DNA of 64,000 nucleotides from contig CP086569.2 of the NCBI GenBank assembly GCA_009914755.4, positions 19,552,001-19,616,000 on the forward strand, in the 5' to 3' direction. A model generated the notes under the pieces. That model was not told the DNA's origin, ran no database searches, and saw nothing but the letters and a program-made list of their open reading frames with translations. The position numbers were made by a program, and so were the translations under genes. The stretch is from the human T2T-CHM13v2.0 reference genome, Homo sapiens. Below are positions 13,019-26,256 of this stretch, one piece after another (position 1 is the first letter of the stretch; each line of letters begins with the position of its first letter).

Positions 13019-13320
13019 GGGCCAGGTGTAGTGGCTCATGCCTGTAATAGCAGTGCTTTGAAGGGTGAGGCATATGGGCTGCCTTAGCCCAGGAGTTTGA
13101 GACCAGCCCAGACAGCAGGATGAAACAAGGAATACACCTATACAAAAAATACAAAAATTAGCAGAGCATGGTGGTATGTGCCTGTAGTCCCAGCTACTCT
13201 GGAGGCTGATGGCAGAGGATCCCCTGAGGCCAGTGGGGGTCCAGGTGGCAGTAAGCTCAGACACAACCACTGCACTCTGTCCTAAGGGACAGAATGAGAC
13301 CCTGTCTTGAAAAAAAATTC
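13019..13320 (+). mobile_element. Alu element
   Basis: gggccaggtgtagtggctcatgcctgtaatagcagtgctttgaagg...gcctgtagtcccagctactctggaggctga...ccactgcactctgtcc...gtcttgaaaaaaaa. Confidence 0.9.
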
Positions 13321-14487
13321 TAAAGACTGGCAAAAGAAATAGAACTATAAGAAACTGGGGAAAAATATAAGGTATTTCATGGTTTCTAGAACCGATAGTA
13401 ACTGAAATAGAGATGAATCATGGATGGGTAGGAGTGTGGATGGATATAGACCATGGTAACCCCAAAGTGTGTATTTTAACACAGGGGTTTTGTAGTCAAA
13501 CAACGTTAAGTTTAAGTCTAGCTCCTATACTTACTGGCAATTTGAGCACAAGCAGCCCTCAAACTCCTAATGTTGGTTTTCTCCTCTGTAAAATAGTGGT
13601 AACTTTGTAGCCCCTCATGGTGCATTTATGAAGGTTACACAATCTAATGTACATAAAGTAGATGACACAATTTCTGACTCAAAGTATGTGCTCAATTAAT
13701 GTTATCTAGAATAACCTGGAAGGCCATATGCACACTGGGATGTGGTGACTACTAACTTCTGAACATGGGGTGGAAACCGAATAAACCAGGACTTAGTCAA
13801 TATCCTGCAACTTACAATTGAGGTGTCTTAGAAGCCTAGACTCATCAAGATTCACTGGGCCTTCTCCTGATTCACATACACACAATGAAATCAGAAGAAA
13901 CCTGATACGTACTTGCTAATGAATGGCATATAATAATGTTATGAAAGAAATCAAGACACTGCTGGCACTTTTCACTTTAGAATTGGAAGGCTATACATGT
14001 GGAAGGAAAGGCAGATAGAAGAGTCTTGGTATGGTGAGGTAGGCTTAAAATACTATTTGAGGTGGGGGAATGTAGCCTTACACACTTTATTGCTACCATC
14101 TAAGGCTGCTTTCATTCTTCAATGGCGGAGTTAAGCACCTGCAACAGAGACCAGTTGTCCCACAAAGCCAACAATATTCACTATCTGATTCTCAAAAGAA
14201 AATATGTGAGGCTGTTTCAGGAGAAAATTGAGAAAGAAATTAAGATAGAAAACGTGGTTAACAAAGATGAGCAGAAATGACACAAAAGCTTTGCAAAACT
14301 AGATGAACTGGCCATAATTCTCCAGAGAAGGTAATGGAAGAAAGTATGGGGAGTTGAAATTTGAATAAAGTAGACAATGATATCATGAATTTTTGCTGCA
14401 TTAGATTTCAAAAATGAGGTGGTCAACAGAAGGGCTTGTTATTTTCTTCAACATTTAAGCAGCAGCAGCAAGAAAAAAAGCAAAAAG

Positions 14488-14562
14488 AAATGTGTGTGTG
14501 TCTCAGTTTCAGTGTGTGTGTGTTTGAGTGTGTGTGTGTGTGTGTGTGTGTGTGTTTACATT
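14488..14562. repeat. (GT)n microsatellite
   Basis: gtgtgtgtgtgt run seen directly. ORFs 14423-14611 and 14436-14621 are its translation. Confidence 0.95.
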
Positions 14563-15169
14563 TAAGGGAGATAACATGCATCTCTACACTCACTTCTATA
14601 GGGAAAGCCACAAATGGGTGAGAAGCATGATGCTAAGTCAGCAGGAAGACAGACAGAAAGGGAACCAAAAGGCTAATTGAGGGGGCTATTACCAACTACC
14701 CAGATGGCAGAAGATAAGACAGCACTTTGTTTATATACATCCTGTGCTTGAGTTGAGCTGCCAATTTGGTTTTGGTTTTGTAAACAGCTGAAGAAGCAAG
14801 AAGGGCTGTAATTTTTCATTTACTTCCACCAAGGAAAAACTGACACAGTGAGAGAATTGAAAACTCTAAGAGAAAAGGACCCAGTTGCCTTGGGAAGGGA
14901 ATAGCTGCAATCATGTACCAAATACTTGAAGGTGTCCGGAAAAGGTAAGACATACACTAGGATTCTGCACTGTCCAATCTGTGAGACTTTCTGCAAGGAT
15001 GCAAATGTTCTACACTTGTGCTGACCAATATGGGAGCCAGTGAGCATTATAAATGGGGCTAGTGTGACTGTAAAACTATTTTTTAATTTAATTTTAAATG
15101 AACAATAATAGCCACATATGGCTAGTAGTTATGGTACTAGACATCACAGTTCTAGATCAGTGATTCCAA

Positions 15170-15395
15170 GATGGTGGTATGATCTTTGCTTACTGCAACC
15201 TATACCCACTGGGTTCAGGAAATTATCCTGCCTCACCCTCCTGAGTAGCTGAAATTATAGGCATGCACCAAGAGGCAAGGCTATGTTTTGTATTTTCAGT
15301 AGAGACAGATTTCAAACTCCTGGCCTCAAGTGATCTGCAGAACTCAGCCTCCCAAAATGCTGAGATTACAGGCCTGAGCCACCGGGCCAAGCCCA
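15170..15395 (-). mobile_element. Alu fragment (minus orientation)
   Basis: cctgcctcaccctcctgagtagctgaaattataggcatgcacc ... gcctcccaaaatgctgagattacaggcctgagccaccgggcc. Confidence 0.85.
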
Positions 15396-17065
15396 ATTCC
15401 AAACATTTTATAAAGTTCTGTGACTTCCTCCACCTTCTTTTCACCCACAAAGCAAGTACTACTTAGAATACCAATATATAATACAAACAAAGCAATTGCC
15501 ATGACCCAAGTACCTGCATTGGCATGAGTGCATATTCATGGTCTGCTTGATTTTCCCATTGCCTTAAATAAGAGCATTTGAAGCCTCTCCAAGGAAGGGT
15601 TGGCCCAGAGATGTTGAGGAGAAAGCTACAGAGAATTTGAGAATAGGTTAATTTGAAAAATTGTGGACAAGAGAGGGGTCTAGGATAATTTCCAAATGCC
15701 TATCTGAAGGGAACAAACAGAATAGTGGTCCTTCTTCTAAGACATCCTCATCCAAATCTATGGAACTTGTGAGTATGTAAGGGCTCATGGCAAAGAGGAA
15801 TTAAAGTTGGTCAACAGCTGACCTTAAGATAGGAAGATTGCCCTGGACCATCCAGGTGGACCCAATGCTATTACAAAGGCCTTAAAAAAGAAGATGAAAG
15901 CAAAAAAAAGGAATGTCAGAGGAAAGTGATGGAAGAATGGTCAAAGCAATGTGATGTTGAAGGGTTTGAAAATGGACAAAGGGAGCACAACGAATGAATG
16001 CAGGAGCCCCCTAGAAACTGGAAAGCACAAAGAAACAGATTCTTCCCAAGAGCCTCCAAGGGGAACTCAGTGCTTTGGACACTTTGAATTTAGCCTATAA
16101 AAGGCCAGCATTGGATTCTTATGCTACAAAATTGTAAGATGATACGTTTTTCTTGTATTAAGCTACTGAATTTATAATAATTTGTTACAAGGGCAGTAGA
16201 AATCTAACATAGGACAAAGCACACACACAAGAAAACACACAGATATGGGAGAGAAGGAAGGAAATTTAAGGAAGCTTCAGCAAATGAGTAGAAGGCACAT
16301 TCCATGAAGAGACTGGATACAAAGGGAATTCATCTGCTGGGGCAATGGGTTTCAAGGCACTGTGGAAAAGGTGTGGTACAGAGTCAATAATGCATCAAGG
16401 TGAAAACATTTGGAGAAATTTGGGGATGAGAGTGTGAGAAAGAACATGGGCTGGGTCTTCTCCACTTCTCCACCTTCCAACCTCTAACACAGAAACTGAT
16501 ACACAGTAGGTGCTCAGTGCTTGCAGAATAGAACTGGAGTGTGGGGGAAGGGGCTTCAGGTTAGACAGTGTTGTCAGAGTATCCTGAAATTCAAGAGTGA
16601 CAGACATGGGGGGATTTCAGTGTTAAGTAGCCTCAACAGTGCAAAGAACCTTCTGAAAGTTTCAGTGCTGAGGCCTCAGTGGTTTCAAAGGCTCCATGAT
16701 GAAGTCTTGTTCAGGTGGTCAACATCACCTTTGTGAAAACATAATCGAGATTTTTTTAAGGTACTCATGAAGAAATCTTCCACGACAAGAAATTCATCTT
16801 GGTGACTGATTAGAGGGAGCCAGGAATCTCACTTACGGTGAAAAGAGCAACTCTCCGGTTGATTAGGGCAACCTCGTCTTTTAAGAGGGAAAATGCTAAA
16901 AAAATCCAGTTGGTGATAAAGAGAGCTCTCTGACTACCATAAATTTGAAGAGTCCACATACAAGATGTCAGAAGTAGGAAACTAGCTAATAATGAACATA
17001 AGCATAGGACCAGAAATCAGTGTGCCTATCATCAGAAAGGCAGAGACCTACAATGAGCTGAAGTG

Positions 17066-17066
17066 T

Positions 17067-17099
<33 letters not shown>

Positions 17100-17215
17100 C
17101 CATATATACCCATATGTGTATATATATCCATATTATCCATATATATATCGATATATATGCATATATATCCATATCTATCTATCTATATATATATATGTAA
17201 AAAAGAGGCTTCTTA
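17066..17215. repeat. Compound microsatellite (GT)n / (TATA)n / (ATCC-TATA) mix
   Basis: gtgtgtgtgtgtgtgtgtgtatatatatatccatatatacc... seen directly. Confidence 0.9.
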
Positions 17216-17544
17216 GGCTATGATAGGGAAAAATAAGAGCCAAGGATCAACTGCTTTGAGCACCTGGTACACACTGAAATAATAGAGGCTACCAATCTGC
17301 TTGATTTCTTCTTTCTCTGCTAGAAAATAAATAAAATAAAATAAAATAAAATAAAATGAATAAAAAATCAATATTTTTTTGTTCTGTATTGCATTAGTAA
17401 TCTAGGTACACACAAAAAAATGAAGTTACAGCATTTTGAATTTTATTAGTAGCCATAAATATTGAACTATATATGGAGAAACGAGTGATATATTTTTTAA
17501 AACACACTTGGGAGCCTTTAACATGTTTTTGTTCTTATTTTACT

Positions 17545-17985
17545 TAGAGTCCTGGGATACATGTGCCGAATGTCCAGTTTTGTTACATAGTAATACCTGT
17601 GCCATGGTGGTTTGCTGCACCTATGAACCCATCATCTATATTTTAATCCCCACATGCATTAGGTATTTATCCTAATGTTCTCCTTTCCCTTGCCTTCCAC
17701 ACCATGACAGGCCTCAGTGTGTGATGCTCCCCTCCCTGTGTCCATACGTTCTTATTGTTCAACTCCCACTTACTGGTGAAAACATAGAGTGTTTGGCTTA
17801 CTGTTTCTGTGGTAGTTTGCTGAGGATTATGGTTTCCATCTTTATCCATGCTCCTGCAAAGGACCTGAACTAATCCTTTTTATTGGTGCCTAGTATTCCA
17901 TGGCATATATGTGTCATGTTTTCTTTATCTAGTCTATCATTGATGGGTATTTGGGTTGATTTCAGTCTTTGTTATTTTAAATACT
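17545..17985 (-). mobile_element. L1 3'-end fragment in minus orientation (3' UTR / end of ORF2, reverse-complemented)
   Basis: cctgggatacatgtgccgaatgtccagttttgttacatag...ccatggtggtttgctgcacctatgaacccatcatc...gtttccatctttatccatgctcctgcaaaggacctgaac...tattccatggcatatatgtgtcatgttttctttatc is the reverse complement of the L1 3' region. Confidence 0.85.
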
Positions 17986-18480
17986 GCTGCAGAAAGTATC
18001 ATAATGGTGCACAGGCAACCTACAGAAAGGGAGAAAAAATTTGCAATCTATCCATCTGACAAAGGTCAGGATATACAAGGAATCTATCCAGAATCGACAA
18101 GGAACTTAAATTTACAAGGAAAAAGCAAACAGCCCCATCACAAAGTGGGCAAAGGATATGAACAGACACTTCTCAACAAAAGACATTTATGCTGCCAACA
18201 AACACGAGAAGCAGCTCATCATCACTGGCCAATAGAGAAATGCACATCAAAACCACAATGAAATACCATCTTAGCTCAGTTAGAATGGCAACCATTAAAA
18301 AGTCAGAAAACAACAGATGCTGGCAAGGATGTGTAGAAATAGGAAGGCTTTGACACTGTTGATGGCAGTGCAAAGTTTCTCAATCATTGTGGAAGAGAGT
18401 GTGGTGCTTGCTGAAAGATGTAGAACCAGAAATACCATTTGACACAGCAATGTCATTACTGAGTATACGCCCAAAGGATA
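17986..18480 (+). mobile_element. L1 ORF2 C-terminal fragment in plus orientation, abutting the inverted fragment
   Basis: ORF 17956-18261 reads ..[60 protein letters not shown].., followed by ..[36 protein letters not shown].., typical of the L1 ORF2 tail. Confidence 0.85.
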
Positions 18481-18944
18481 ATAATTGACTTTTCAAACAG
18501 CAAACATGGAAGAAACAAGGTCAAGCTGTCTGTGAACCTTGGGATATAGGTATATTAAAATATTTCAATAGACATTTAAATAAATCCATGGTGTCAGGTC
18601 CTGGTAAATCATATATTTTGGATGAACAAATGGGATTGCCTAACTTTGGGTCAGTGCTGTTTTAAAAATTGCAAGAAAACTGCCATATTATCTGCTAGGT
18701 TGAAAGCATTTCCTATTTTCAGAAAGAGGAAAAAACGCACATCTCCTTGGCTACAACAGGGTACAATCAGAGTGACCCAAAACAACAAGAGAAACATGTA
18801 TTAAATGCCTCTTTTCAGTCATATCCCATGCACTTTTATTATACACTGACTAATTTAATGTGAATCCTAAGATAAGAACAGATTATTATTCTTTCACATA
18901 CTCCTGGTTATACTGAGAACAAGAACAAGTCATGCCAAACTTAC

Positions 18945-19000
18945 CGCTTGTTTTTTCTTTCTTTTCTTTTTTCTTTCTTTCTTTTTTTTTTTTTTTTGAA
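18945..19000. repeat. (CTTT)n / poly-T simple repeat
   Basis: ttttttctttcttttcttttttctttctttcttttttttttttttttt. Confidence 0.9.
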
Positions 19001-20937
19001 GGGAGGTGTTGTAGGTAAACTGAAAAACCGAAATTCATTTTAAGAAATAGTTAGGTATCCTCCTATGGACAAACAGGAGACCTGGAGCCTCAGTGAAAAT
19101 TCAAAATATTGCTAGCATGATGTCTTCTGTTAGAGCAGATAAACCATTGGTGTCATTCACTGTGGTATCTCTACAGCTATAAGACTGACAGAAACTGAAA
19201 AATTACTCATAATTGCTGAATGAGTAATTGCTCATAGCTGACTTCAGGGTCAATACTCAGAGAACATTGGGTGTTCCATGTCACTGTATGGCACAGAGTT
19301 CCTAGGAAGGCTTTGAGGTTGAGCTTAACCCAATCTAGATCGCATTTAAATTAACTTGAAAGAAGACAAATTACAATATTCAAAGATAATACCAAGGGCT
19401 GCTAATTTATTAGAAGGCAGAAATTGGATTCAAAGTGATCTCCATGGCACAGAGACTTAGGTGACTCTAACAAGATTGAAGTTAGGAGAATAAGAAATGA
19501 AACCCTGGGCTTAAAATCAACCTTTCAACAATAGGACAAAGGAAACCTAGATTAGATACAGTTTATCTGTATCAACACAAAAGTGTGAACTTAATGCAAG
19601 CTCAGTAGAGCTAAAAGTCTGGTAGGTTTTTCAAGTAAGCTAATGCAATTCTGTTTGGTTTTAAGAGGAAAATCAAGGAGAATGGTGATTTTCTTTTTGA
19701 GGAGATCAATAAGTCTTTCCTGTGTGTGTTAAAGGGAAGAGGTGGGCAGCACTGAGGCTAGGGAATGCTATGCAAAAAAGACAAGAGCAACTGAAGGGAC
19801 TGAGGGTGTTTAAGTGTTTTTTGGGGACCTTTTTGTGGTGGAAAGGGAGTAGGGTACAGCACAGTACTTTCATTAAATACAATAAGCTGTCTAATGGGAA
19901 AAAAAAGAGAGAGATTTAGCTCAGGATGACAAATAAATTTCCTTCATGAGTGAATCCTAATCAACTGGTAGTGACTGCCAGGAACTGGTGCTCAGAAAGA
20001 TTCCAAAACTAAGTGGGATTGGTAGGAAAAAATGCTGTGATCAATTATCTATGTCTGCTATGAATCTGGGGAAGTGTAGTGCCTACATGAGGGCCAAGTA
20101 TTTGCTGACACTGAAGTAGAGAGACTTGTTCCAAACTGTTACATAGGTTAAGCCAAGGGCTGCTCATGTGGACTCACTGAAAACTATAATCTAAGGGGTG
20201 GCTGGAACACCACCAGTGCCAGAGTGAGGGGATGCTGAATGACCATGGAAGTCACTGTTATTATTTTAAGTTTCAGGTAAATGCACAATAAAACTCATGG
20301 ATTCCAGTGCCAAAGACATCCCTTTTTTGTAACAAGCCTCTTTGCAGCCTCTATAGGAGAGATTCTAGAAAAACTGCCCGGTGCTCCTGACAGCAGTAGT
20401 TTCAGTCGTTCCATAGACCTGGTTTCATGAGTCTAAACATGGTATAGCATGGGACACGTCTATTGCAAGGAGGAGGGGCAGGTTGACCTCTATTGATAGG
20501 TCTCTAATGCAACATTTTCCTATTAATATTATAAGCAATTCTCCCATTTTTAGAAGTTGTGCTAGTGTTTAGACAAAACTTTCTCTAATTATATTTCTGT
20601 ATTCAACTGTGGGATACAAAGTGTGGGGGAGGACAGGAGTGAGAGGGTTTTCAGTCACAGATTTATTTTTTGTTTTTAAATGGTGGACTGTTGATTCTAT
20701 CTAACACATTTACAACCTATAAACCTATTTTTAGAACACTGTTTTCATCATTTCATCATTCCACTCAAAAATATGGATGTGTGTCAGGTACAGGATCATG
20801 TATTGGTATTCAAAATGGACTCCCAAATTGAAAACACATTTTTTTCTTCAGCCCTATTATTCCATCTCTGCTAGAGTTGAGTTGTTTACTTATATTTTCC
20901 CCCAAGTTTATGTTAGTTGTATCCACTTCAGGGCTAC

Positions 20938-21521
20938 TGTGGGAAAGAGAGTTTCTGGTATGCCAGATAAGTTAGTCTCCCCTGTGTGAGATGCCCATAG
21001 GGAGCCATGGGTGACCTCTGAGGAGAAAAGTCTCCTTATTGCCTTCACGTCTTTATGTCCCAAGACCATAACAGTTCAGCGGCATGCCACAGGTTGCTTG
21101 GGGAACTAATACTCCCTTGAACAGTGGAGTACAGTCAAACATCTTGGCTTCTCCTGAAAACCACTCCCACCCATTTCAGATCTTCAGTTAAAGATCTTAA
21201 GTAGTTTAGAAACACACCTTTGCTCAAGGAAATTCACAGAAACTACCAGTGCTATACATCTTATTGGATGACTCACACATTCTCCTTCACCAATCAATCC
21301 TTTTCCTCATGTCTTCCTACCCCTCGCATCTTTCCTAAGAACAAAGAACTTGTAAACAAATAAGTTGGGAGGAGGCCGAGAGCTTGAGGTCACGAGCAAG
21401 CCTCCCAGGCTCCAGTCCCATCGATCCACCTTTTAAGCTATGATTCTGTCTCTTTCTAATTCCTTTGTCTCCTCTAGACTCAGGATATTTGCCAGATGGT
21501 GTGGGGATGGTTTCCCTATCA
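20938..21521 (+). repeat. Provirus 1, 5' LTR
   Basis: Alignable to 26257-26843 at roughly 85-88%. Starts TGTGGG, ends ...tttccctatca. Confidence 0.85.
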
Positions 21522-21523
21522 TC

Positions 21524-21541
21524 TGGCACCTAACACGGGGC
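21524..21541 (+). promoter_or_regulatory. Primer-binding site, tRNA-Lys-like (tggcacctaacacggggc)
   Basis: Lies 2 nt after the LTR end. It resembles the Lys1,2 PBS TGGCGCCCAACGTGGGGC (14/18 identical). Confidence 0.6.
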
Positions 21542-21690
21542 TCCCTCTAATCTCTACAAATAATCCAGTGAAGGAATGCCAGAATGTGGAAAGTGGAGGA
21601 GACTGACAAAGGAAGCCTGAGTACATTTTCACTTCAAGCTCTACAGGTAAGGAGGGAGCCCAGAGAAATCCAGAGTAACCTCAGGAAAAT

Positions 21691-23400
21691 GTGGGTCAGG
21701 CTGAGACTAAGTTTGCTAATTACTTAAGCCCAGTACGGCAGTTATTGCACTATGGAGGGTTAATTGTGAGTACCCGAAATCTCATGTCTTTGTTCCATCT
21801 CATAGAAAAGTGTTCTCCTTGGTTCCCAGAATATGGAACCATGAATGTAAAAGATTCAGACAAGGTTGGATCAGACTTGAGCACAACTAGAGGGCCATGA
21901 TATTCCCTTCCCCACTTGATCTGTGTGGTCAACAATTAAAACAGCACTGGAGCCTTTCCACACTGAGGAGCAGGAGAAGTTTCAGGATGACATAGGAAAG
22001 TTTAATAATCAGGAGTCTGATGATCAGCAAGTTGAACCATCACAGTCCAGTTTTAAAAAGGGGGATAAAAGGGAAGGTATATATGCTAACCTCCAAAAAC
22101 TTATGAAAGAAACTGTTCCACCTAATGCAGAAACAGGGACACCTACTGCACCTTTAGGGTAAGTTTGGAATGGCCACGCCCACCTCAGCCTTCTGAATGT
22201 TTGGAACAGGACCCTGAGCCGTGGCTTGCCACTCCCATTGTTGCACGCCCCACCATTAACTATGGCGAAGGGAAATTCAGGCTCGCCCAACAGCCAATTA
22301 CAGTGAGGGAGTGATCCAGGTTGGTCTGTCTGTTAATTATGGTAGAGGAATGCTGCCTGCCAGCCCAAATACAAATTATGGCATAGGGATGATCCAGGCA
22401 TCCATTTGCCAGGCATGAGAAATGGAGGATTTGGATGCATGGCAGTTTCCGGTAATTATTTTGCCAGCTGAGGAGCCCAGAGAACATGCTGAAGCACGCT
22501 GAGAGCCATTTCCTTTTAAAATATTGAAAGACTTAAAGTAAGCAATTGGACAATATGGGCCAGATTCTCCTCATGTTCATTCCTTGTTAAAATCTGTGGC
22601 TTATAACCGGTGTTTAATACCTATGGATTGGGAATCATTAGCCCAGTTCACCCTGTCCTTGTCTGAATTTCTCCAATTTAAAACTTGGTGGACTGGTGAA
22701 GAAACAAATCAGGCATGCAGAAATGCTCAACACCAACCTCCCGTTAATATCACATCTGATCAATTGCTTGGAATTGGAGAGACATGGGGAACTATAAATC
22801 AACAGATGGTAATGGGTCGATGAGGCTGTTGATCAGCTCAGAACTATATCCCTAAGAGCCTGGAAAAAAAATTCATGATCCTGGTACCACTTATCCTTCT
22901 TTTAACTCAGTTTGACAGGGTCCAAGGCAGTCTTATCCAGATATTATCTCCCATTTGCAAGATACTGCTCAAAAGGGTATTTCAGATTCTCATGGCAGGA
23001 AACTGCTCGTTCAGCTGCTTGCTTATGAAAATGCTAATACAGAATGTCAGGCAGCACTTAGATCTATTAAGGGAAAGGCAGATCTAAATGAGGAAATATC
23101 TGCAAATGAATGCATTAAAGCCTGTGATGGCATTGGGGGGCACTTACATAAGGCAAGCCTCCTTGTCCAGACAATTGCTGGGCTAAGAGTAACAAAAAAC
23201 ACACAAATGTTCCCTGGATCTTGGTATAATTTTGGACAGATAGGCCTATACAAAAAGAGAGTGTACAAAGAGCCAAATAAGACAAAACTCAGTACCAGGC
23301 CCTGATTCAAAATGGGGCATTCCCAATTTAGAATGGGACATCCCCAACTCCAAATGGAGTGTTCCCAGCCCAGTCTATCCCTGTACAAATGTATAGCAAT
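21691..23400 (+). pseudogene. gag: Provirus 1 gag (MA-CA-NC), decayed by frameshifts and stops
   Basis: The start MGQAETKFANYLSPVRQLL..LFHLIEKCSPWFPEYGT matches the HERV-K gag start MGQTKSK..LFQIIEQFCPWFPEQGT. The CA region reads FKTWW..NAQHQPPVNITSDQLLGIGETWGT and ..AYENANTECQAALRSIKGK..CDGIGG. The C-terminal QNGAFPI..NCPPPQLKV matches the HERV-K gag tail QTGAFPIQPF..NNCPPPQAAV. Confidence 0.85.
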
Positions 23401-24235
23401 TGTCCCCCTCCACAGCTAAAAGTGGGGCAGTAGATTTATGCTGTACAAAAGCTGTATCCCTCCTTCCTGGGGAGCCTCCTAGGAAGGTCCCAATGGGAGA
23501 TTACAGTCCATTGCCAAACGGCACGGTGGGACTTATACAGGGAAGGTCCAGCTTAAAACTAAAGGGAATTCAAGTACATACTGAAGTAGTGGACTCTGAT
23601 TGCCAGGGAGAAATTCAAATAGTTATCTCCCCCACTGTTCCCTGGAGTGCTAATCCAGGTGACAGAATAGCTCAACTGTTGCTTTTACTGTATGTTAAGC
23701 TAGGAGAAAGCTCAGAAAAAAGAACAGGAGGATTTGGAAGCACAAATACAGCAGGCAAGGCTGCCTATTGGGTAAATCAAGTCTCTGACAACAGACCTAT
23801 TTTTACGGTCACTATGCAAGGAAAACAATTTGAGGGTCTGGCTGACACAGGAGCAGATGTGTCGATAATAGTTCTTTATCAATGGGTGAAAACTGGCTCA
23901 AACAAAAGGCCCCAGTGGATCTTGTTGGGGTCAGGACTGCTTCAGAAGTTTTCCAGAGTACTATTATGGTACCATGTCTTGGTCCAGAAGAACAGGAAGG
24001 CACAATACAACCTCTAATTATACACACTCCTGTTAACTTATTGGGGAGAGGTCTGCTTCAACAATGGGGCACAGAAATTTCAATCCCTCCTCAACGGTAT
24101 GGTCAAGCTAGTCAAAAAATAATGTCAAACATGGGCTATGTTCACATAAAAGGCCTAGAAAAGGAGAAGGGCATTACTGAATCCATACACGTTACTGTAA
24201 AAAGTGACCGAAAAGGATTAGGTTACCATTTTTAG
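23400..24235 (+). pseudogene. pro: Provirus 1 pro region: dUTPase, aspartic protease, G-patch
   Basis: ORF 23400-24017 has the dUTPase-like segment ..TVGLIQGRSSLKLKGIQVHTEVVDSDCQGEIQIVIS..GDRIAQLLLL.. and the protease motif LADTGADVSII. ORF 23882-24235 ends in the G-patch [31 protein letters not shown]. Confidence 0.85.
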
Positions 24236-24239
24236 GGGC

Positions 24240-24960
24240 AGTCACTGTTGAGCCTCCAAGCCCTATTCCCTTAAAATGGAAGGCCCAAATTCCTGTTTGG
24301 GTCAAACAGCGCCTGTTTTTTCAGGAATAAAATGGGGACCATACAGGAATTAGTCAAAGAGCAATTAAACAAAGGAAATATTGAGCCCACATTTTCTCCA
24401 CGTAATTTGCCAGTGTTTGTAATAAAGAAAAAATCCGGCAGATGGCGCATGCTAACCGACTTATGAGCAGTCAGTGCAGTCATCCAGCCAATGAGGGTCC
24501 TGAAGCCAGGGCTTCCATCCCCAACCATGATTCCTAGAGTGTCTGTTAATAATTACAGATTTGAAGGATTGCTTTTTAAATATTCCTCTAGTGGAGTCTG
24601 ATTTTGAGAAATTTGCTTTTACTACTCATGCTATGAACAACAGGAACCAGCGGCCAGATATCATTGGAAAGTCCTGTCACAGGATATGTTGAATAGTCCT
24701 ATTATTGGTAAAATTTCTGTGAGGGAGGCTATTCAGCCTGTGAGAGATCAGTTTCCAGGTTCGTATATCATTTATTGTACAGATGATATACTGTGTGCGG
24801 CCGAAAATCGAGACCGACTTATCCATTGTTATTTATATATACAGGAGGTGATATATACAGGAGGTGGTAACCAATGCTGGATTGCTCATAGCACCAGATA
24901 AAATTCAAATGACTACTCCTTTCCAATATTTGGGAATGCAGGTTCAGGAAAGGGCAATTA
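24240..24960 (+). pseudogene. pol: Provirus 1 pol fragment (N-terminal reverse transcriptase only). The rest of pol is deleted
   Basis: RT-like ..[41 protein letters not shown].. and ..SYIIYCTDDILCAAENRDRL... The sequence then passes directly into the env C-terminal region. Confidence 0.7.
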
Positions 24961-25139
24961 AACCCCAAAAGGTTCAATTTTGAAAAGACTCTCTGGAAAC
25001 TTTAAATGATTTTCAAGAAGTATTAGGGGATGTCAATTGGATTCTACCTACTTTGGGAATCCCTACCTATACTCTGTCTAATCTGTTCTCTATTTTAAGA
25101 GGAGACCCTGCTCTCAATAGTAAATGAGAACTGACTCCT

Positions 25140-26245
25140 GAGGCTGACAAAGATGATCGATCCAATTATAAGTCCAGAACACCCAGAATTGTGGAAATTA
25201 ATGATGGCTCAAACCCCATTTCGGGTTTGGAAAGGATAATATAAAACAGACCCATAGTACAAAATTTTGATTTGTTGCAGCCATGACCTGTAATCGGATG
25301 GTCCCACTGCAGAGTTGTGTTAAATCTTTTATATTGGAAGTGAGAAAAATTAATATCCTACCTGACTCTCAAACCATATCATGCCTTAACTGTCACCTTT
25401 TTACCTGCATTATTTCTACCTTTAATAAAGATAACAGCATTTTTACTGGTTAGGGCCCAAGAAGGAGTTTGGATACTTGTTTCCCTCAATAGACCTTGGA
25501 AGGCCTCTCCCTCCATACATATTACCACCATTTAGTAGAAGTACTAAAAAGAATACTTAATAGATCAAGCAGATTCATATTTACTTTAATAGCTGTGCTC
25601 ATGGGCCTTACAGTTGTCACAGCTACTGCTGCTGTTGCTGCTGGTGTTGCCTCCCAGACTTCTATTCCACCTGCGGGCTTTCTGGCAGAAAAATACTTCT
25701 TAGCTTTGGAATTCCCAAAGCCAAATACATCAAAAATTGGCAAATTAAGTTAATAATCTCCATCAAACAGTAATTTGGATGGGACATCAGATTATGAGTT
25801 TGGAGCACAGAATTCAAATGCAATGTGAATGGAATATTTCTGATTTTTTTTATTACTCCTGGCTCTTATAATGCCACCGAACACCACTGGGACTTGATTA
25901 TATGTCACCTACAAGGAAAAGAAGATAATTTAACATTAGATATTGCTAAACTGAAAAAAAAAAAACCCAAAAACTATTTGAGGCATCTCAGGCTCATCTC
26001 AGCCTGTTGCCTGGAGCTGATATTCTTGCTGGAGACGTTGATGGCCTTTCTAATATCAACCACTTAAGGTGGATTAAAATCATAGGTGGATCAATAGTTG
26101 CAAATTTTATTTTGGTTTGTGTCTGTTTATGCTGTTTGTTTTTAGTTTACAGATGTAGATGGCACCTTGGGAGAGAAGCCAGACACTGTGAACTAGCTAT
26201 GATAGCAATGGTGGTTATTAATAAAAAAAAAATTAATAGAGACCA
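25140..26245 (+). pseudogene. env: Provirus 1 env remnant (SU C-terminus, furin site RSSR, fusion peptide, TM), degraded
   Basis: ..[32 protein letters not shown].. is the SU/TM cleavage site plus fusion peptide. The nucleotides are co-linear with provirus 2 env at 50680-51170. It is followed by the polypurine tract aaaagggggaca just before the 3' LTR. Confidence 0.8.
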
Positions 26246-26256
26246 AAAGGGGGACA

